Shown: one piece after another, positions 56,220 to 64,000 of the stretch
How the letters are laid out: each line of letters begins with the position of its first letter
How positions within the stretch are numbered: position 1 is the stretch's first letter
NCBI GenBank assembly: GCA_021818905.1
Contig: JAKASS010000003.1
Coordinates: 10,445-74,444, forward strand
Length of the DNA: 64,000 nt
Direction: 5' to 3'
Origin: Nanobdellota archaeon
Lineage (GTDB): Archaea > Nanobdellota > Nanobdellia > Parvarchaeales > Parvarchaeaceae
Made by a program: the position numbers and the translations under genes
Notes under the pieces: model-generated
Database searches by the model: none
What the model saw: only the letters and a program-made list of their open reading frames with translations
Told to the model about the DNA's origin: nothing

Positions 56220-58820
56220 CTAAGACTTTTCACTTACTACCTTTACACCAGTATAACTGGATGCTGAAGTACTAAGTACCATCTGTGTCCCGTTAAGAGC
56301 GACGACCGGGGTCCCCAGCAATGCCTCTGCGACTACTTCTGCAGCGTTCAATGTGTCATCAGGATTATAACCTGCTACCCAAAGTGCGTTTTGCTTACCA
56401 AATGCCGAAACGTTTGTGAACCATTGTACTAATGCTTCGCCTGCGACTACGCCCGTCAAGTTAGTAAATTGGGGTCCGCCACCGTAACCAGTGACATTGT
56501 ATTCACTGTCATACAACGTTTCTGCTAATGTGTTGACTGCTGGGCCACCGACCACGACTACTGGTACCGAATTTGTCGCACCAGCGAATGACGCATCTGT
56601 TTCTGCAAGAGGGAATACCCCTGTCCCGAATAAGCCTGCTGCTGTGAATGAAGAGCCACCGACGCCGATGACCTCCAGCTTTTCATTTGCGGATGCCGTA
56701 AGTACGGCTCCTGCCGTATAATTAGCAATCGATGTAAGTACGGATATTCCTCCAAGGGCCACCGTGTAATTCTGCGCCGGGATTGCGAACGTAGCATGCG
56801 CAGCACTTACAGTTGTTACATAGTCTCCCCATGTGTTTGCAGTTGTATTTGCTGTTGCTGGAAGAGCTACAGATGTAGCGAAGTTACTCTTATTTTCAGC
56901 TACAGTAACTGTCTGCGCAGCATTAAGTGGGTCCGTGTATGTAAGTACGCTTCCACTAAATGAAAGTTGACCGAACGCAACTGTAGACGAAACGTTTACT
57001 TTAGTCAGTTCCTTTCCGGTGCTCGAATACAGTCCCGGGTACCCTGGCACTAGACTGTACGTATCAACCGGAGTTGTGGCTGTTGCGACTGGTCCAGTCA
57101 AGTTAAAGTCAACCAACTTATTATTATATATGCCAAACGTCAAGTTATAACCGCCCATACCAATCGTGTTATGACCCGGGACCACATCGACTAATGATAC
57201 CGTCGGGTTACCGGTCGTAGAAGCAGTGTAGGTAAGCACTTTCGTTATATTCCATCCCTTCGTATCCCCCCCAGCAGACAGCCCAACCTGCGCGAACTGG
57301 AGTGCGAAATCATTGCCATTAGGTAATTCGTAAACTAATCTAACCATAGCTTTACTCGAAGTTTTATTTAGGAAGGTGAAGTTGGCGTCGCCTACAGGCG
57401 TATACCAGTCTGTCGCTGCCCCAACTATAGGTTTAGGCCAGATATACTCCGAAGAGTAGTTGACATACTGCCCGCTAGTAGAGTTAAATAAGGATTCATT
57501 TCCCTCTAAAAGCAGATTTGGAGCGCCTGCACCAGATGACGAAGGAGTACCTCTGTCGTTGACACCGAATGCTACGCCAGACAAGCCATGAGTGGCGTTA
57601 AATGTGACATTCGTTAGGGGCGCGACTAGTGTGGTTGTATTGCTAACTGATATAAACCTGTCCATACCGGACGCGCCGGTCGTTACTGTAACGTTGTTAG
57701 CGTCGTGATAATCGTGTGTCAATGGCCTAAGCTCAATGTTCTTAAGAGAATCTGGCAATGCGAAGCTGCTCGTAGCCGAAAACGAGTAATTTAATGTCTC
57801 GTTTGCGTCATTTTTAAATCCAAGTCTACCGGCACCAGGAGAAGCAGCAGTAGTTGCATTCCATGCGCCTAGTCCAAATTTATTCATTGCGGACCAGTTT
57901 TGCACTATGCTCGCACTTGATACGCCAAGATGCGCTAGATAGGTACCTGACGAGTTTGTAAAAACCAAATCAGATGCGCCGAAGGTCAATGTTACTGGTC
58001 CGGTGGTTACATAGCTTGTCAAGTTTGTATAACTCGATGCTCCACCGTTCACTGCGTATTCAAGTTTATAGTATGATGTCGAAGGAGAGGTTCCCACTGT
58101 TGCTATTCCCTGAAGAGCTACCGTATTTGTCCCTACTGTAAGAGTACTTGGCACTTTAGCATTCGTAAGTTCCGTCATTACACCAGCGGTGTAATTTGCG
58201 GAATTTTCTGCTACTAATGTCTCAAGAGTTGTTCCTACTTCGTATTCAAGTCCTGGTGTCCATGTTACGACTGTCGCGTTAGCGTCGGATCTGTTAACTA
58301 CTGACGAAACAAGTTCCAATGATCTAGCCGGTACTATTACGTTAAGTCCAGACGGTGCTATTGGACCACCTGAATCAAATACCGGACTTGATAGGAACGT
58401 AACGTTCTCGACTGCAGAATAATTTTCTTTACCCGCACCTTGGTAGTTTACTTTTAATAATGCTACGGTCGATGGAGACCATGATGTAAATGAACTGCTT
58501 CCGGTGTGTGCAAAGCTTGATGCGTTTGCTGGCAGACTAAGTATTCCTAGCTTTACGACTCCGTTACCAGTCACGTGACTTGCTGCCGCCGAAGCTGTAA
58601 GCGCACTTGCGATGTCTATTGAACCAAGGACGTCCGTCGCCTGTGAATTCGCCCCCACTACTACGACTGCATTTACTGCACCGTTGTGTACAAGGTTCGC
58701 TGGTAATGTACTAAGTCCACTACCGAACACGCCCGCTATGCCTAATGTCGCTCCTACAAAAAGAGCGCCCGTCGTTATAGCTGCTAATTTTTTTACACTA
58801 TTCATTACTTTCACTTTCAT
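56220..58820 (-). CDS. Large secreted surface protein, S-layer-glycoprotein-like
   Basis: 866 aa, Thr/Ser/Asn/Gly/Val-rich with many N-x-S/T sequons. Signal peptide. A TATA-like element at 58887-58896 on the minus strand. Confidence 0.6.
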   Translation of the reverse strand: MKVKVMNSVKKLAAITTGALFVGATLGIAGVFGSGLSTLPANLVHNGAVNAVVVVGANSQATDVLGSIDIASALTASAAASHVTGNGVVKLGILSLPANASSFAHTGSSSFTSWSPSTVALLKVNYQGAGKENYSAVENVTFLSSPVFDSGGPIAPSGLNVIVPARSLELVSSVVNRSDANATVVTWTPGLEYEVGTTLETLVAENSANYTAGVMTELTNAKVPSTLTVGTNTVALQGIATVGTSPSTSYYKLEYAVNGGASSYTNLTSYVTTGPVTLTFGASDLVFTNSSGTYLAHLGVSSASIVQNWSAMNKFGLGAWNATTAASPGAGRLGFKNDANETLNYSFSATSSFALPDSLKNIELRPLTHDYHDANNVTVTTGASGMDRFISVSNTTTLVAPLTNVTFNATHGLSGVAFGVNDRGTPSSSGAGAPNLLLEGNESLFNSTSGQYVNYSSEYIWPKPIVGAATDWYTPVGDANFTFLNKTSSKAMVRLVYELPNGNDFALQFAQVGLSAGGDTKGWNITKVLTYTASTTGNPTVSLVDVVPGHNTIGMGGYNLTFGIYNNKLVDFNLTGPVATATTPVDTYSLVPGYPGLYSSTGKELTKVNVSSTVAFGQLSFSGSVLTYTDPLNAAQTVTVAENKSNFATSVALPATANTTANTWGDYVTTVSAAHATFAIPAQNYTVALGGISVLTSIANYTAGAVLTASANEKLEVIGVGGSSFTAAGLFGTGVFPLAETDASFAGATNSVPVVVVGGPAVNTLAETLYDSEYNVTGYGGGPQFTNLTGVVAGEALVQWFTNVSAFGKQNALWVAGYNPDDTLNAAEVVAEALLGTPVVALNGTQMVLSTSASSYTGVKVVSEKS

Positions 58821-58940
58821 AACACCTCACTTGATTTCTCGGACTGATTTAAACAGGCATTTTGCCTAACTACTCGATGATTTGGGTATTTATAAACCTT
58901 TCTTAAATTAAAAAGTCACTATTTTAGAGTGAATCGATCG

Positions 58941-59378
58941 TCATTTCGTGCCTTCCAATTTCTTTTTCAGCTGCGAGTTCTCATTGCCGAGGATCACGCT
59001 CTGCGCGGAAAACGTCTTTATGCTCTGGTCCATCTGGTTTAACCTGCCGGATATGTCGTTCAATATCCCTTGGAGGTCGGACATCGACAGTTTTAGTTCC
59101 CTCGTATTTAGCACCTCTATGCTGGAAGGGGCGTAATCGAGAACGAACCCGAATATGGAAGTGGGGTCCGCTTTTATCTTAAAAGTGGCGAAGGCGCTGT
59201 AAAAATCCGCTTCCACTTTCTGCGGTTCGCTGTAAGTGACGTCCTTTACGCCGAGCTTATTGCCTTCTTCCTCTATATTTGAAAGTATCTTTTTTAATGC
59301 GTCGACGGCGACTTCTTTTGGTTTCGCCAAAAGCTCCAGCATGCATCTCAATTCTATCTGCGGTTCTTCCACGTTCAT
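58941..59378 (-). CDS. Hypothetical coiled-coil protein
   Basis: 145-aa ORF. No catalytic motif was seen. Confidence 0.4.
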   Translation of the reverse strand: MNVEEPQIELRCMLELLAKPKEVAVDALKKILSNIEEEGNKLGVKDVTYSEPQKVEADFYSAFATFKIKADPTSIFGFVLDYAPSSIEVLNTRELKLSMSDLQGILNDISGRLNQMDQSIKTFSAQSVILGNENSQLKKKLEGTK

Positions 59379-59413
59379 AACAGAATCCTATGAGTTTTTA
59401 CTATTATTAACTT

Positions 59414-59499
59414 TGCGCCGACCGGGAATCGGACCCGGATTAATGAATTTTCCTCATCGCTGTGGGAATCCATTGTTCTGACCGTTAAACCATCGGCGC
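59414..59499 (-). tRNA. tRNA, probably Gly(CCC), with a 14-nt insert in the anticodon arm likely to be an archaeal intron; CCA is not encoded
   Basis: Cloverleaf folded by hand. Acceptor stem GCGCCGA/UCGGCGC. D stem GUUU/GAAC. Anticodon stem AUGGA/UUCAU around UUCCCA. T arm CCGGG-UCCGAUU-CCCGG. The T-loop sequence is atypical. Confidence 0.5.
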
Positions 59500-59610
59500 A
59501 CTTGATGAATTAGATCGTATTATTATTTATAGGATCTTTTTATTGTTGATCCAAAATATTCTGTAACTGCATAGCAAGTATTTAAAAGTCTGGCGTATTA
59601 AATTATTATT

Positions 59611-60105
59611 ATGTTATTCGGAAAAAAGAAAGGCGCGACTCCCGCAAATCCTTATTATAACGGCGATAACGCCAAACCTGCGACGCCGGCTACCCCACAA
59701 ACGCCGTCCTTCCCTGCACTGCCGCAAGCCCAGAATGCACAGAATAATATGGTGCCGCGGACGCCTTTTCCGGTCCCTTTACTTCCTACCCCCGAACCGA
59801 TAAACCTGCCGAATCCGCAGCCGGAGCCGATAAAAATCAGCGGCGGGCTTAGCGCCTTTGATATGATGAAGATGGGGGCTGAAACAAAATCATTTGCGTT
59901 CGTAAAATTAGGCGATTTTAAGAGGATCCTTGACGACATAAAAATGCTTGAAAACAAGATAAGCGAATCGCAAGGCGACCTAGAAGAATTCTCAAAGGTA
60001 GTAAAAGAGCAGGAAGAATATCTTAACAGGTACGCGACTGTTATAAGAGACTTGAGAAGGACTATAAGCGAAATTTCCTCTTCTTTGTCCCGCGTAGAAG
60101 ATTAA
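59611..60105 (+). CDS. Hypothetical protein with a Pro-rich N-terminus and a coiled-coil C-terminus
   Basis: 164-aa ORF. Confidence 0.4.
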   Translation: MLFGKKKGATPANPYYNGDNAKPATPATPQTPSFPALPQAQNAQNNMVPRTPFPVPLLPTPEPINLPNPQPEPIKISGGLSAFDMMKMGAETKSFAFVKLGDFKRILDDIKMLENKISESQGDLEEFSKVVKEQEEYLNRYATVIRDLRRTISEISSSLSRVED

Positions 60106-60111
60106 TTTCTT

Positions 60112-60459
60112 ATGGCTGGGCAAAGCCAAAATGATTTGATCGATATTGACTATTTTGAAAAAATGAAGATGAAAGTAGGAAAAGTAATTTCTGCTGAAAC
60201 CCTAGAAAAGAGCGGCAAGCTCTTGAAATTAAGAATCTCTCTGGGCGATAAGGAAAGGACCATACTAAGCGGGATAAGGAAATACTACAAACTGGAAGAC
60301 CTCATCGGCAAGAAGGTGATTATATTAGATAATCTTAAGCCTGCGAAAATGTTGGGGATAGATTCGGAAGGCATGGTGCTGGCGGCAATGGATGACGCCG
60401 GAAACCTTTCGTTGCTTTCTTTAGATAAGGACCTCAAAGAAGGAAGCGAGATTTCTTGA
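60112..60459 (+). CDS. tRNA-binding OB-fold protein (Trbp111/CsaA-like)
   Basis: KVGKVISAE...KLLKL.I.LGD..RTILSGI..YY matches the EMAP/MetRS C-terminal tRNA-binding domain. Confidence 0.7.
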   Translation: MAGQSQNDLIDIDYFEKMKMKVGKVISAETLEKSGKLLKLRISLGDKERTILSGIRKYYKLEDLIGKKVIILDNLKPAKMLGIDSEGMVLAAMDDAGNLSLLSLDKDLKEGSEIS

Positions 60460-60497
60460 GATGCTTACCGATGCAAGGAACATTTTGTATCGGTTTC

Positions 60498-60923
60498 TTA
60501 TCGTTTATTCATAAAGCTTACGGCGCGCTCGCATAGTCCTATCGAATTTACCGCCTTATTATGATACTTTTTAGAAAAAGCTTTGAAGTCTTCCTTGCTC
60601 ACGTCACTTTCAAAGTTATAACCGCTTGCGGCCTTAAGCTCCAGAAGCTCGTTGAATGTCGTTTCTATTTCTTCTAAAGATTCGTTTAATTCTTTCGGTA
60701 GCTTATTTTTATTCGCGATCGCTGTCTGTCTGAATAAAGTACCTATCTCATGCTTTTTGGGAAAATTCTTCCCTAGGGCTAGCATCACCGCTTTTATAGC
60801 GAGTTCCAGCGACATTTCCAGATCGTATAAGTTTTTGGCGTAATTGTCGTTGTCCCTATTCAACGTAGCACTCTTGAGCCATTCCTTTGCACGTTCTATC
60901 GCTGCTTTACTTACACCTTCCAT
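60498..60923 (-). CDS. HEPN-domain protein (pair 3)
   Basis: 141 aa. Paralogous to 50932-51333. Overlaps its MNT partner by 13 nt. Confidence 0.55.
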   Translation of the reverse strand: MEGVSKAAIERAKEWLKSATLNRDNDNYAKNLYDLEMSLELAIKAVMLALGKNFPKKHEIGTLFRQTAIANKNKLPKELNESLEEIETTFNELLELKAASGYNFESDVSKEDFKAFSKKYHNKAVNSIGLCERAVSFMNKR

Positions 60924-61504
60924 TCCAAAACCTCCCCAGACTCTGTAAACTTTCTTGAATATTTTATTTTTTCTATATTGTCAATAAAGTCTGTCAGGAC
61001 AGCGCCGCGTTCAAACAATGGCACCCCATAATCTACAAGATCGAAGTATATCGGCTCTAATTTATCCAGAGAGCCGATTTTAAGTATTAACGGGTTTATG
61101 CGAAGGTATAATCCTCTGTCTTCCAGCAATCTCTTTTTTTCTTCTTTAAGGGAATATATGGCCTTATTCACGGCCGTGAAGGCGTTCGGAAAACTATCAT
61201 TTGCGATTATCGCTATGTCAATGTCGCTATACTTAGAGAAATTGCCTTTGGCGACCGATCCAAAGAGCATGATGCCGAGAACGTTTTTATTGAGCGAAAT
61301 CTTCGATACAAAAAGGGATATGTAGTTTTTTATTCCAATGTCCAGATGCAATAAACGTAGGTCTCTTGTTAGCAGCTTCTTTATTATATCGCCAAAGGTA
61401 AGTTTTTTGCCGGTCTCCTTCGATATATCCACTCTCGATTGCTTGAGTCTCGCGTATACGTCCTCGTCGAGCATCACTGGTTTTCTTTTTTCCATAGTAT
61501 ACAA
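60911..61504 (-). CDS. Minimal nucleotidyltransferase (pair 3)
   Basis: GIMLFGSVAKGNFSKYSDIDIAIIA. Confidence 0.65.
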   Translation of the reverse strand: MYTMEKRKPVMLDEDVYARLKQSRVDISKETGKKLTFGDIIKKLLTRDLRLLHLDIGIKNYISLFVSKISLNKNVLGIMLFGSVAKGNFSKYSDIDIAIIANDSFPNAFTAVNKAIYSLKEEKKRLLEDRGLYLRINPLILKIGSLDKLEPIYFDLVDYGVPLFERGAVLTDFIDNIEKIKYSRKFTESGEVLEWKV

Positions 61505-61588
61505 AATTTGTATACATTTATAGCATAAATATGTATCGCTATGCGATAAATGATTTCTTATCGCAATGAAACAAGCTAAAAACCGAAA

Positions 61589-63355
61589 TCAGTTAAAGCC
61601 AGACTCGTTTATAAGTCTGATCGGGCTTCCATTTACCGTCTTTACGCCAGAAGGAAGATATTTTCTGAAGACCCCCGATTCAAATCTAGAATCTATCAGC
61701 AGTATTACAGCACGGTCTTTTGATGATCTTATCGCGCGGCCCGCGGCTTGCAAAGTTTTTATCATAGAAGGCAGGACCTGCGCGTACTCAAACCCGTTTA
61801 AAAATTTGTTCTGATAATAATTTTGCAGGGCCTTCAATTTTATCGATGGCGGTTCAAAGGGGACTCCTACGATAGCTATCAACCTTATTACATTGTCCTT
61901 TATCCCTATACTTTCGGAAAAATTGCCGCCTATTACCGCGAATAGGCATCTGCCTGGCTTGCTTAACTCTGAGATTATTCTTTGTTTCTCTTCACGCTCG
62001 ATCTTAGGCGCTTCTTTTATTATTCTGTCCTTGTTCTGCATCAGACGCGATACAGACTCCATGAAAGAGTAAGACGGGAAAAATATTATCATATTATGCT
62101 TGAAACTTTCTAGCAGGTCGTCTATCCTAGCAGCTATTAATTCGAACTGCAAGCCGCGGCTAATGAATCTTGAGGTTAAGTCGGTTTCATTTATTATTAA
62201 CCTGTTGGAGTCGGTGTTTTTATCCTCTATGACGAGCTTTTTTGCATCCGGTATGCCGAGAAGATTGGCAAACATTTCCATTGGTTTGAAAGTACCGCTT
62301 ATGAGTATCGTAGAGGCAAAAGAGTTCATTGTGCTTCCGGCGTAAACCGATGGGTCCAGCGAAAAAACGTTCACCTTCACATGCCCATTCTCATTTAAAG
62401 CATATTGGACATACGAATCGTCCGCCTTAAGGAGAAAAGCGATGAATTTTTCCAGCGTAAATGACGCAGGTATGTTATAGCCTTTTTCGTTTTGCTTTGT
62501 TATTGAGGCCGCCTTGTCTAAATCCGATTCTTTGAAAATTTCGTTCAGGTCTATCTTTTCTTCTCGTTCTGTTTTTCTTACCCGAGCTATAATCCTGTCT
62601 ATTTTCGCAGCGAGTGTGTTTTCATTCGCAACGAGAGCTTCATTGTAAGCTCTTTCTAGCGTACGCAGCGATATTGAAAAAGAGTTCATGTCTATTATTT
62701 TATTGTGCAGGTTGTGTGCTTCGTCGACTATTATTATAGTATTCTTTGGGTCTATCCCCGTTTTTGACATAAAACTTTTTGACGTGTCTGGGTCGAATAT
62801 ATGAGAATAATTTGCGATTATCACGTCCGATTGCTTGGCATTCAGGAGCGATATTTCATAAGGACACACTTCAAACTTCCTGCCGGCTTCCATTATCGAC
62901 TCGGGGTCCGACAATCCTTGGCTTAGCGCCTCGATCGCATTTGGTTTTATATCTTTTGACTTTGAGAAAGTGTTTTTGTAGAAGTCGCATAAGTTCTGTT
63001 CTCTAACCGCCCTGCAGAATTCTATAAACAGCGATGGTTCTACGTTGTTCTCGAAAAGACACATTGATCTTTTCCCATTCACTCCTGTGAAAATTACTTT
63101 ATCTGTCGAAGCGCCGTTAATCTTCCTCAATGTCTCGTAAACTATATTCTGGTGCGTATGCTTGGCCGTCAAGAAAACCAGCCTTAAGCCTTGCTCTTTG
63201 GCTGCGCTCAAGGCGCCAAAAAGCACTGGTGCGGTCTTGCCCATACCGGTAGAAGCCTGTATCATCAATTTTTCTCTTTTCTTTATTACATTCTGGACCG
63301 CGTCCACTATATTTTGTTGTCCTTCTCTAAGTTCGGAAAAAGGGAATGAGAGCAT
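61589..63355 (-). CDS. xpd: XPD/Rad3-family SF2 helicase with a 4-Cys Fe-S domain
   Basis: Motif I ASTGMGKT. Motif II VDEAHNL (DEAH). Four Cys between motifs Ia and II, from MCLF to VCPY. 588 aa. Confidence 0.75.
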   Translation of the reverse strand: MLSFPFSELREGQQNIVDAVQNVIKKREKLMIQASTGMGKTAPVLFGALSAAKEQGLRLVFLTAKHTHQNIVYETLRKINGASTDKVIFTGVNGKRSMCLFENNVEPSLFIEFCRAVREQNLCDFYKNTFSKSKDIKPNAIEALSQGLSDPESIMEAGRKFEVCPYEISLLNAKQSDVIIANYSHIFDPDTSKSFMSKTGIDPKNTIIIVDEAHNLHNKIIDMNSFSISLRTLERAYNEALVANENTLAAKIDRIIARVRKTEREEKIDLNEIFKESDLDKAASITKQNEKGYNIPASFTLEKFIAFLLKADDSYVQYALNENGHVKVNVFSLDPSVYAGSTMNSFASTILISGTFKPMEMFANLLGIPDAKKLVIEDKNTDSNRLIINETDLTSRFISRGLQFELIAARIDDLLESFKHNMIIFFPSYSFMESVSRLMQNKDRIIKEAPKIEREEKQRIISELSKPGRCLFAVIGGNFSESIGIKDNVIRLIAIVGVPFEPPSIKLKALQNYYQNKFLNGFEYAQVLPSMIKTLQAAGRAIRSSKDRAVILLIDSRFESGVFRKYLPSGVKTVNGSPIRLINESGFN

Positions 63356-63358
63356 AGC

Positions 63359-64000
63359 TCATTTCTTCGGCGGCGGTATGGATCTTGGCGTTTCTCCACC
63401 ATGCCACGTAAATCTTGGTTTTATTTGGACGGGGTATATCCTTTCAGAGTTGTCATCCAATATTATGCACGCACCCGGTAGCTTTGGCAAGTCCATAAGG
63501 TACTTTTTAATGTCGGATGACATGTAAATTTGCATTACCGTATTAAGCGCATCTATATCCAGTTTTGCCGTTACGTGCTGGGATATTATTAGGTCAGATT
63601 GAGTTATTATGTCCGTATCTAATTTTCCTGGTTGCTGCGTGGCTATCACTAAGCCTATGCCCGGCTGCCTGCCTCCCTTTATTAGTCTCGAAAGAGCCGG
63701 TGTCGCTGCTGTCCTGCTATTCGCGGGCAGGAACTCATGCACCTCATCTATAAACAACCATACTATCGGTATCTGCTTTTTAGACGACTCTTCCCTTAGC
63801 ATTATAGTAGAATTTATTTCTTGAAGTTCTTCTGAGCGTCGCTCAAAAGTCCTAAGCTCAAGTATTTTCTGTGAAAGCAGCCCTATGACAAGTGCGCGCA
63901 GGTTAAATTCACCCAGGGAGTGCGCATAAAGGCTTATGTCTAATATGTTTATGTAACCGGGGGTAAGTATCGACTCTATAGGCGTGCCTATCTTCTCGAA
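63359..64000 (-). CDS. HerA-like ATPase, C-terminal part; the gene continues past the window end
   Basis: Walker B WLFIDEVHEF and the HerA/FtsK-type GGRQPGIGLVIATQQPGKLD. The frame stays open upstream of the track's Met as far as position 64000. Confidence 0.6.
   Translation of the reverse strand, partial: FEKIGTPIESILTPGYINILDISLYAHSLGEFNLRALVIGLLSQKILELRTFERRSEELQEINSTIMLREESSKKQIPIVWLFIDEVHEFLPANSRTAATPALSRLIKGGRQPGIGLVIATQQPGKLDTDIITQSDLIISQHVTAKLDIDALNTVMQIYMSSDIKKYLMDLPKLPGACIILDDNSERIYPVQIKPRFTWHGGETPRSIPPPKK

Noticed and set aside
59236-59481. 81-aa track ORF on the plus strand
   Set aside because: It lies over the tRNA-Gly gene on the opposite strand and is spurious.
1-64000. CRISPR arrays
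   Set aside because: No run of regularly spaced short direct repeats was found. The only multi-copy short repeats are the IS ends and the 45-nt att-like pair.

Overview
This is a 64 kb window from a low-GC (about 40-43%) archaeal chromosome; the taxon is not resolved. Evidence for archaeal origin: a family B DNA polymerase, FEN-1, archaeal-type GlyRS, aEF-2, the proteasome beta subunit next to aCPSF1, the Rpo7-Spt4-S24e-S27ae operon, Kae1 and Bud32, and three tRNAs whose anticodon arms carry inserts consistent with archaeal introns. About two thirds of the window is housekeeping. This includes a replication cluster (fen1, map, polB, glmS), the rpoE operon, kae1/bud32, uS15 and eS1, glyS, psmB plus aCPSF1, purA, EF-2, truD, xpd and an S-layer-like giant surface protein. 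The most notable region is an accessory island at about 35.6-44.4 kb centred on an intact tRNA-Leu(CAG). It contains a mazEF-like pair, a 45-46 nt direct repeat at 36328 and 42705 bracketing 6.3 kb, and a frameshifted IS4-family transposase. Inside the repeats are a small winged-helix gene, a 958-aa single-chain Ski2/Hel308-like SF2 helicase fused to a Cas4/RecB-type Fe-S PD-(D/E)xK nuclease (a candidate undescribed defence or repair module), and a protein built of five tandem HTH repeats. A HEPN-MNT pair sits between the tRNA and a degenerate 56-nt copy of its 5' half. Elsewhere in the window there is an IS5-family element with solo left-end copies upstream of several genes, and an IS630-like remnant next to tRNA-Ala. 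There are two further HEPN-MNT pairs. A PARP-like (H-Y-E) putative ADP-ribosyltransferase is paired with an HExxH protein. A secreted Lon S16-domain protein and a GTPase-dead DRG/TGS protein lying between kae1 and bud32 are also present. A cysDN sulfate-adenylyltransferase operon has an RHH gene and a catalytic-Cys-less sulfatase-like neighbour. No CRISPR array was seen.
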